From Intoshia linei (lineage: Eukaryota; Animalia; Orthonectida): a stretch of 32,317 nt of DNA. Within the stretch, counting starts at the first letter, position 1, and each line of letters begins with the position of its first letter. The stretch spans positions 1 through 32,317 of the forward strand of contig LWCA01000325.1 in assembly GCA_001642005.1 (NCBI GenBank), in the 5' to 3' direction. Positions 1 to 7,878 of this stretch are shown in pieces. The translations under genes and the position numbers were made by a program. The notes under the pieces are model-generated. The model searched no databases, was not told the DNA's origin, and saw only the letters and a program-made list of their open reading frames with translations.

Positions 1-194
1 TAAAATTAAAAAGAGAAGCATCATGTTGATCAGGAAAATTTCAGCTTTTTATTTGCATGAGTCTAATGCAGATCCTCGAAAAAAGTTTTATTTTGTTGTC
101 TAGTGTTATATAAGTAAGTATAACACATACATTCAATTTTATATATAAGTAAAGGATAGAAATACATGTATATTTTGATTATAAATATTTTTAG

Positions 195-3100
195 TTTTCA
201 ATGACAAGCATGACTGACACAAATAATTCACTAAAAGTGATAAAAGTAACACTTGATATGGATTTTTATAAATTTCTTGGAATAAGCATTGTTGGTCAAT
301 CTGATGAACACAGTGATGGTGGTATATATGTTGGCTCAATCAGAAAAGACGGCGCAGTTTATAAGAATGGTAGAATTGACCCAGGCGACATGATTTTGGA
401 AGTCAACAACATTTATTTTGGAAATATAAATAATAACAAAGCTGTAAATTATTTACGTGAAGCAGTCGAGAAAGGAGGGTATTTTTTTAAATATACATAC
501 TATAATGTAGATCATACAAATACAATGTATACTTACATATACTAGGTTGACTGTTATATACCACGTACAAAAAGCACCTAGCTCTGCCGAGGGCACATTA
601 GTAATAAATCTACCAAAAAAATAAATTAGCGTTGAAAATCTAACTTAAAAATCCTACTATTCACTATCATCAATCCTTTAAAGGAGTGGTTCCCAAACTT
701 GTTTTAGGTGGAACTGTGGAACTTTTTACTTTAAAGTAAATTATTCTATCGATTTGATTTTTTGAAAAAAGGAGAATTGGGCTTTTTGACCAGTAAGATG
801 TGAGTTTTGGAGTTTGATATTCATCTTACTAGCACCTGGAAAAAACTTTAATGCTTGTATTTATAGCGTCAGTATTTTAGGTTTTTTTAGGTTAGTTTTT
901 TTTTTAATGAAAATTTAATATTATTACTGTCAGTTTAATTTTTTTACTAACAATTTAATTTTTTTAATGACAAAATATTACTTTATAAAATGTGTTTATT
1001 TCTATATACTTTTTTGTGGAGTAACTTAACATAAACAAAAACTGACAAATATGTAATTGAATACTAATAAAGTACATTATATTACTGACTTTTTAATATT
1101 TACACGGACAATTTTTTTTTAAAATACTGACAGTTTCGGTAATTAAATACTGACAAATAAAAGAGTTCTCAAACTGTAATAGAAATGTGGACTTTAAAAA
1201 ATTCTAAGACTGGTAGTTATTGAAATAAACGATAACACACAGACAAACAAATCATATTATACAAGTAAGGATGTAAGCATTTCAGTCTCACATTTTTATT
1301 TAATTTTCATATTATCGGTTGTTTAAAATACTTAACTAAGACTGACATTTTTACCAATTTTTTAGAATATGATTCCGGCCTCGGCCTTGTGCTTTGTTTA
1401 TACAATAAAAGTTTAGAAAATTAACACTAATGGTTGCAAAATGTTGGAATGATGGAGCAGTAGATTTTAGTCAATCTGAGCAAATGGACGACGAAATTGA
1501 AACCTCGGCATGGACTCAACAAAGTAGGATTTTGAAAAACAAACGTCATTCAATTTCTCTAAAATCGTCAACAGCATCACTGACTAGCTCTTTACCTGAA
1601 ACTGGTAATTTAATTTTCACTTATATTTGAAAGTGGTGGTTTCATCTGTTTTGAACAATGAAAGCTTTTAATATCTCATTTACTATGAATGATTCCTCCA
1701 CAAAGAGTTCATCAACCTGTTTAGGAATAAATTCTGTTATAATTAATATAATCAAAAATTATACTTAAAAATGCTTAGATTTTTGTGGCTTAAACTTAAC
1801 CTCAAATACCGATATGACAACAATAATAAAAGCAATGTGTCAGCCAAACTCTGGATTAATTATCCGCAACCGTTCATGGTTGAAATTAAGTATTCCGAAT
1901 TCTGTAATAGGATCAGACGTAGTAGATTGGCTATACACAAATGTTGATGGGTTTGTTGTACGTAAAGACGCAAAAAAATATGCAGCAAGCTTATTAAAAT
2001 ATGGATATATTATACATTCTGTAGATAAACCCACTTTTTCAGAACAATGCTATTATACTTTCAATACTTCCGTATCCGGTATTTTTGAATAACTGATATT
2101 ATTGTTAATAAGGTTTAATTGTATTTTAATACATGATTCAGTGCTTTCCTATTTTGGGGGTCCTATTTTGAAACATGAGTTTTGAACTATTTAAAAAATT
2201 TTACATACCGAGATTGACCTTTAGAAACATAATACAATGGAAGTATGATATTGGTGAAAATGCATTTATAGTTTCTCTCCACTCAGTTTGGGAAGTTCTG
2301 ACGTAATGTATGATTTATGCATTGTTTTAATGATAATTTTCATGTTGTAGATTTATCAATTATGACAAATGAAAATTTTGAAAATTCCATTTGTTCACCT
2401 TGGAATATATCCTATAAAAATCCGCAGATATTTAATGCACACAATAAAGATAAACCAGAAATTAATATAAAATCAAAATATTTAGTTGGTAAAGGTATAT
2501 AATGTTTTATTAGAGCTGGGGTTCTACACACTATTTATAATTGTTTCAAGTTTGACTATTTTTAGGTCATTAGATTTGAATCTTATTTACATCATGTAAA
2601 TCATATTTCAATTTCATTAAATGACATGTTTTGACTAAAATAATTGATCCCTATTAAGTCTTTATGTTCTTCTATTTCTTCTATTCTCTTTCTCTTCTTC
2701 TATTTATATAATGTTCAGAATGAATTTATTTTATGAATATTTCGCTTCGTTCGTGTAGAACCGTTCTGCGTCTTAATAGGGTACAATGTACGTTCTTTAT
2801 TTAACTTGATGTACTTAGAGACTACTTGTTCTTGCATAATGAAACCAAATTATAAGAAAATTTACAACAAAATTATACCGAAAGCATTGATGAGCGAATC
2901 AAAGGACAAAAAAAACATTGATAAACGGGTCGATAGTAGTAGCAGTGATGATTTTTATTCAACTTATTCATATTGTGATTCTTTTGAAAATAAAGAAAAA
3001 AATTTTAAAAAAAATGATGGTAAATTTTAAAAATATTATTTTAGAATGATTAGTAATAATCATTGATTACATTATTTGTACAAATATTTTACTGTTATTC

Positions 3101-3543
3101 CTAGTTACTTGTTTAGGTTATGTTATATAACCTAACTGATTACAGTAATAAATCGATGCCTAGACGGGACATCAGAATCCTAGTACAACTTGTCGATGTT
3201 TGATACATTTTTTATATATATTTTATTTAGAGTCAATCAATCTTACAAAAAAGCACACAAAAGACAAATGTGTTAATCCTAACAAATATTATTATAACCA
3301 ACACCAGACAAGTGTAGCAAATTACACATATCAGTCAAATTTGCCTAAATTAGTATCATCTGATTCCAATTTCAATGATTCTTGCAATGAGAATGTCAAC
3401 ATAAAATCAAATTTACAAGGTTTTGATTCCGCTTTGGAAAATTTGACACAGCCATCAAAATATATTTCTTTAGGTAAATATACATGTTGAGTCACATTTT
3501 ATACTATACTTTAGAAAATGCAAAATTTACCAATGTTTTATAA
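195..3543 (+). CDS. dvl: Dishevelled (Wnt/PCP scaffold), 3' part; DIX domain presumably upstream of the window. Inferred exons: 195-478, 1417-1604, 1779-2078, 2351-2494, 2819-3019, 3231-3473, 3515-3543
   Basis: PDZ: FLGISIVGQSDEHSDGGIYVGSIRKDGAV...GRIDPGDMILEVN, splicing into GKLTLMVAKCW. DEP: RNRSWLKLSIPNSVIGSDVVDWL...FSEQCYYTF. All joins are in-frame GT-AG, ending ...ENAKFTNVL-TAA (3541-3543). Exons after DEP are supported only by splice phase and open frame. Confidence 0.93.
2139..2300. mobile_element. Degenerate hAT (Charlie/Buster-type) MITE relic in a dishevelled intron
   Basis: Left end CAGTGCTTTCCTATTTTGGGGG and right end CAGTTTGGGAAGTTCTG form imperfect TIRs of the CAGTG(G/C)TTCYCAAAC type. 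Solo ends of the same type occur near 685, 6500 and 26890. Confidence 0.45.
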
Positions 3544-3652
3544 TGTTATTTTCCTTTAAAATTGTACATAAATTTTCAAACTCTTGCTTTAGTTACATTA
3601 CATTTTAATGGGTTGAGTTGATAAAACATTATCAACAATAGCACAATTTTAG

Positions 3653-3839
3653 CATAGTCAACACTCTACTAAGTGAACATTTGGGACTCGAATATTTAAG
3701 TGTTCATGATCGTAGAAATGGTGAACAAAAAATTTATTTACATAGTAACCGTAAAATTAAAGTTGGTATTATAACAATCACAAAAAAATATATAACTTAT
3801 TTATTAATTTTACATTTTACAAAGATAAATAAATAATAA
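3653..3839 (-). mobile_element. 3' end of a second copy of the pogo/Tigger-like element, cut by the assembly gap
   Basis: CATAGTCAACACTCTACTAAGTGAAC (3653-3678) matches the inverted terminus TACAGTCAACCCTCTATAACGTGAAC at 5775-5800. 3724-3839 aligns with 5050-5162, the last ~58 bp being identical. Confidence 0.7.
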
Positions 3840-3840
3840 N
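3840..3840. other. Single N: assembly/scaffold gap
   Basis: The only ambiguous base I noticed in the window; sequence character changes abruptly across it. Confidence 0.9.
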
Positions 3841-4047
3841 CGTTGGTTCGAGTTTATACGTATAGTTTAAACTTGCCAGTATGGCTGCTGTAATCAAATT
3901 GACGGTAGAGCCGGTGTCTATAAGAAATTTTACAGTTTGTGATTTACATAAATGAATCACCGTGATCGTTCGAAAAATACAGTCTATCTAGTCTATCGAG
4001 GAGTTGATCAATCCAACAAAACTGTCTCTTTGGGTAGAATCTCGCAT
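3841..4047 (-). pseudogene. Retropepsin (LTR-retrotransposon aspartic protease) fragment, absent from the ORF track
   Basis: Minus-strand translation MRDSTQRDSFVGLINSSID*IDCIFRTITVIHLCKSQTVKFLIDTGSTVNLITAAILASLNYTYKLEPT. FLIDTGSTVNLI is the retropepsin active-site motif (Asp codon 3916-3918). In-frame TAG at 3988-3990; truncated at the N. Confidence 0.8.
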
Positions 4048-4949
4048 CTTGTAAGAGTTAATTATTATTTTGTAAAGAAGTCGATTATTCAAGTAAGTGT
4101 TTAATTATACAATGATAATTTAAAATAATAATTAAGATTCTTGGACAGTATAGTAACATATAGTATCAATATATCTTTAGTAAATAGTAAATATCCATAG
4201 ATATTTACTACATTTGTTTTTTAAATTATTTTTATTAAAACGTGGCTGTTAGTATTTAAGCGTTAAATATTGTACCAATTAGTTTGTCTGGTTTGTACTA
4301 TTGTTGATCCCTTCAAATTAAATACTTAAAGTTATATTTGCTAAAAGTGTGTCTGTCTGTGTATGTGTAACTAGTTATTTAGAAAACTGACTGTCCCAAC
4401 AATTTAAAAATCATAATTTTCATAATAACTCATTTCGTTCCGACGCATAAACTAAGTTAATTTTCACATAGAATCACATAAAATTTACACTTATAAACCT
4501 GGATGTGTTTGAATCAACTATAATTTGGGTGGCAAAGAAGTATATCATGTACTATATATCTTTCACTTTTAGAGGGTGCATCTTTGGCGAAATGGCATCA
4601 TTCCTCAATGTACACACTTTGTAGTTCACACGGAAGCATTATACGAATTTGGGATTTAAAGGCTTAATTTAATTTAATACAGTCAATCCTGTTTAATATA
4701 AAAATAATGCTAACAAATTTTATAAGTCTTCATATTACAGCGTAATATATGAAGTCTGAAATAATATTAAAAAAACAATTAAATTTCAAGTGTAAAATGT
4801 TATTTTAAAATGCGTGTCTACTTAAATCCAAATATTTTTACTAAAAATCAAAATTTAATATACATCCGCTTATTTGTAAAAATAATAAATTAGTGAATGA
4901 ATATTTATGAAACATAAGTGTCGTTAAAAAGTAATATGCATTTATTGGT

Positions 4950-5050
4950 AGGTAAAAGTGGGATTTTCTCTTAAGGTTTAGTAAAACTTGATTTTTCCAT
5001 TAATGGTTGGTAAAATTGGGATTTTTCCATTAAAGTTTGGTAAAAGTGGA
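4950..5050. repeat. Imperfect ~29-30 bp tandem repeat, about 3.5 units
   Basis: Units approximate GGTAAAAGTGGGATTTTTCCATTAAAGTTT, starting near 4951, 4980, 5009 and 5039. Confidence 0.75.
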
Positions 5051-5202
5051 ACAAAACATTTATTTGCACAATAACCGTAAAATTAAAGTTGATGTATCAA
5101 TTCAAAAAAAATATATAACTTATTTATTAATTTTACATTTTACAAAGATAAATAAATAATAAACATTATTATAAAAATTATATCAATTTATTTTTTTCTT
5201 TC

Positions 5203-5575
5203 TTAAGTAGAACCAAAGTAATCAGTTATTTTTAATGATCTTGCCAATTTTTCAGACTTTATTTCCTGCATTAAAATCCATACACTAGATAATTTTTCTG
5301 GGTTATGAATCATAAAAAATGTTGTTAATTTTTTAGCATGATAATTAGCTTTTAATGGAAAGACATAATGTAACAGGTAAGATTTTTGCGTCTTCAAGTT
5401 CAGACATTAGTAGATTTTCTTCATATGTATTATTTTTTTCAATTTTTATTGTATACATTGTGTTTTGAAGCAAGAAAACGTTGTTTATTACTTTGTCTTC
5501 ATCAACAAAATGAATTAGTTCTTTCTTTGTAGATGCAGCTAAATCTTTTCTTTTTTTTAAATTTTCTTTGTTCAT
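5203..5575 (-). pseudogene. Tigger/pogo transposase remnant: N-terminus fused to C-terminus, frameshifted
   Basis: MNKENLKKRKDLAASTKKELIHFVDE resembles the start of the CENP-B/psq HTH (KRKxLxxxxKxxII). After a frameshift near 5350 it ends ...ARSLKITDYFGST*, like the PIP-box tail (QxKITDFF) of pogo/Tigger transposases. No DDD catalytic domain. Confidence 0.7.
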
Positions 5576-6673
5576 GTTGCAAAAATAAAAAATTTTCGAA
5601 ATGCACGTTTTGTATACAATAATTGTGAATAACAATTAGAACTTCACTTTAATTTGAATAAATCATGTTCATCGTTCACGTAGTAGAATGTTCACGATTC
5701 ATTTACTTTTTTCATAGTAGATGATAACAAATTTTTTTTGTTGTTCATTATTGGAGAAGTTCACGTTATAGAGGGTTCACGTTATAGAGGGTTGACTGTA
5801 ATAGGTTGTGAAATGGAATTTATATCAAATGCATAAACAATTTTAAATACAAGTATTTTAATTGGATATATGATAAAACGTCGACCAGTGATTCTTGATA
5901 GGTGCGCCAGCGCGCGCTGATCCATTTAAAATAAATTTTTATTTTGTAAATATTTTATAGAAAAAAATGTTTGAGTCCAAAATTTGGACTCCAAATTGTC
6001 AAATGAGGCAATTCTTCTTAGAAAGTTATGGAAAAATTAAAAATCTAAACATTCAATAGTCTTAATAGTGTTACAATATATATAACAATTTTCAATGTTA
6101 ACATTCATTTTCAACAAAAAAACTTACTGTTTACCATTTTTTTGTGAAACTTATTTTATTAACAGACGTGATAACAAACAAATGTAAAACAAAAAATTTT
6201 ATATAATTAATGGTCCTAGAATTTAAAAATAAAAAATTATCTTCACATAAATATCAAAACACCAAAATGGTGGTATTGAGGTCTGGATGTAATTATTTTA
6301 AAATAGATTATGTTTATTAAAATTAGGGATTAATTAATTATTAAATTAAAAATTAATTGCCGCTCACTTTAAGACAGTGTTGCTTAACCGGTAAGTCAAA
6401 TATTGTTGAAGTTGAATGTCTTCTTTTTTTTTTATAATAATCATATATTTTTATCACAATTTTGTTAGAGGGCCCAAATAAGGAAGTAATTAGCTAGTAA
6501 AAAAGTAGGGAATCACTACTTTAAGATATTGGTTTTAATTCCTGAGCCAGAAATCCCGACTAAAATATTTAGTCCTGAATATATCAGGTTTCAAAACTCA
6601 TTTGGTCTACATTCCCTTAAAAAAATTTTCTGAAAAAAAGTGCGATCAGTGGTAAAATTTTGAGTCAAAAGTA

Positions 6674-6736
6674 AAAATCAGAGATCTTGGTGGGATGTCA
6701 TCATAACTTCCAGACCAGCATCGTCATCACAATCTT
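6674..6736 (-). ncRNA. Box C/D snoRNA, U24 (SNORD24/snR24)-like D guide, copy 1
   Basis: Minus strand GTGATGA-CGATGCTGGTCTGGAAGTT-ATGATGA-CATCCCACCAAGATCT-CTGA. The 12-nt guide is complementary to conserved 28S AGAUCUUGGUGG; the D+5 rule gives the C equivalent to yeast Cm1437. Confidence 0.88.
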
Positions 6737-6755
6737 AAAATAAGAAAAATATACA

Positions 6756-6821
6756 TGCAATCAGGTAGGGGCGAAGAGACAATCATATTCTGTCAGATCA
6801 ACTATGTTATCATCACATGCA
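6756..6821 (-). ncRNA. Box C/D snoRNA, SNORD80/snR60-like double guide, copy 1
   Basis: TGCA-T-GTGATGA-TAACATAGTTGAT-CTGA-CAGAAT-ATGATT-GTCTCTTCGCCCCTAC-CTGA-T-TGCA, with a 4-bp terminal stem. D guide pairs with 28S UAGGGGCGAA (yeast Gm908 site); D' guide pairs with AACUAUG (yeast Am817 site). Confidence 0.92.
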
Positions 6822-6835
6822 AAAAACAAAATTGC

Positions 6836-6900
6836 TTAAATCAGAGATCTTGGTGGGATGTCATCATAACTTCCAGACAAGTATCGTCATCACAATCTTA
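6836..6900 (-). ncRNA. Box C/D snoRNA, U24-like D guide, copy 2
   Basis: GTGATGA-CGATACTTGTCTGGAAGTT-ATGATGA-CATCCCACCAAGATCT-CTGA. Box C 6887-6893, box D 6841-6844; boxes and D guide identical to copy 1. Confidence 0.88.
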
Positions 6901-6914
6901 AATAAGAAAAATAC

Positions 6915-6986
6915 TAGTGCAATCAGATAGGGGCGAAGAGACAATCATATTCTGTCAGATCAACTATGTTATCATCACATGCACTA
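6915..6986 (-). ncRNA. Box C/D snoRNA, SNORD80/snR60-like double guide, copy 2
   Basis: Perfect 7-bp terminal stem TAGTGCA/TGCACTA, box C 6972-6978, box D 6923-6926. D guide TTCGCCCCTAT is 11 nt complementary to 28S AUAGGGGCGAA. Confidence 0.93.
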
Positions 6987-6995
6987 AATAGATCC

Positions 6996-7056
6996 ATAAA
7001 ATCAGATAAAAGTAGTCCTCATTAAAATCAGAGTAACTATGAAATCATCAATTTAT
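6996..7056 (-). ncRNA. Box C/D snoRNA guiding the 28S helix-69 Am (SNORD46/snR63 target)
   Basis: ATAAA-TTGATGA-TTTCATAGTTACT-CTGA-TTTTA-ATGAGGA-CTACTTTTAT-CTGA-T-TTTAT. The 11-nt D' guide TCATAGTTACT is complementary to 28S AGUAACUAUGA; the +5 rule gives the A equivalent to yeast Am2256. 5-bp terminal stem. Confidence 0.87.
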
Positions 7057-7433
7057 TATATGGATTCAAACACTTTAAAACAATTATCATATTAGTAAAA
7101 TGTAAAAAAAAAATTAAAAATAAAACGAAAATACAAAACACATTGAAAAATGAACGATAATAAATGAACTACTAAACAATGTTTATTATATTTTAATTTA
7201 AACGTAGTTTACATGTTTATTTCTTCAAATTTTCAGTGTGTTCATAACAATATATTTAATATTGAACTTTATCTTATTCCATATTAAATTATTGTAAGTA
7301 ACTAACTAATGAACCAGATTATAACATGATTATACCAGAACCGATAACATACTGAACACCCTCTGCGATGCAATTTTTCAAAAAATTATTTTAAATTATC
7401 AACATTTTTGTGTATATTTATGCCCAGTTTATA

Positions 7434-7446
7434 CACGTGGAAAAGG
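7434..7446 (-). promoter_or_regulatory. Candidate TCT/5'TOP initiator overlapping an E-box, upstream of the snoRNA cluster
   Basis: Minus strand CCTTTTCCACGTG: a YC(+1)TYTYY-type pyrimidine start (+1 about 7445) running into CACGTG (7434-7439), about 390 nt upstream of the first snoRNA. Confidence 0.35.
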
Positions 7447-7878
7447 TAGCTAAAATTATGCAGCCTTGTTTATTGTTTGATAAATATTTTTATGATCTAT
7501 TTTTGAAATTTTTATTGGGCTGTGGATTAAATTCAATTATTATTGGAAGACCAAATATTTTTAGGCCTTATGTAGATTAACTATCCCATCAAAACCGTCT
7601 TAAATTTTAAGTTAAAATGATTTTCTAATTTTAATTTTGATAAACAAAGATCAATGAGATAAGGGTTTCAGTGATAATCAAATGTTTAGTTTAAACTTTA
7701 CGGGTATTAACGGGTAGTCAATGAAATTTACACTTATAGATTGATAAATGTAATATTGTACTTATCGAATTCATGCTAACACTGACCAGTATATATTCTG
7801 CAACCGATTTTGGAACTTTATAAAAAATTATAATCATATTACAAACACTGTAAATATATTTTAATTTGATTAATAAAT

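Larger units (their letters stand above)
4680..5798 (-). mobile_element. Internally deleted pogo/Tigger-family DNA transposon
   Basis: Terminus GTTGACTG-TA (5791-5800) preceded by a doubled 16-mer GTTCACGTTATAGAGG (5759-5790). Matching TA-CAGTCAATCCTGTTTAA at 4678-4696, TA flanks on both sides, and a transposase remnant inside. The left boundary is less certain; the better-matching TIR is at 3653. Confidence 0.7.
6675..6983. repeat. Tandem duplication, period 162-163 bp, about 146 bp conserved; the unit is one snoRNA pair
   Basis: 6675-6821 versus 6838-6983 are near-identical, with differences mostly in the spacer and the first half of the U24-like RNA. Confidence 0.95.

Noticed and set aside
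1-113. Upstream dishevelled exon ending at the GTAAGT near 114
   Set aside because: All three frames have stops in this stretch, and no Dvl-like peptide was recognised.
2244-2301. ATGATA...CTGA as an intronic snoRNA in dishevelled
   Set aside because: Imperfect box C and no rRNA guide; the CTGA overlaps a hAT-type TIR.
3724-5162. The ~115-bp direct repeats as LTRs of the retropepsin-bearing element
   Set aside because: No TG...CA ends, PBS or PPT seen. The repeat is the 3' region of the pogo element, and one copy ends at an assembly gap.
5203-5635. Two overlapping novel host genes
   Set aside because: Better explained as one frameshifted pogo/Tigger transposase remnant inside TIRs.
6675-6983. 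Reading the 162-bp duplication as a satellite, CRISPR array or coding repeat
   Set aside because: Only two units, no repeat-spacer structure, and stops in the frames I translated. Box C/D motifs and rRNA-complementary guides explain it.
7230-7380. Additional C/D or H/ACA snoRNAs upstream of the cluster
   Set aside because: A CTGA near 7233 and an ACA-NNN near 7290 lack a matching box C or a convincing two-hairpin fold.
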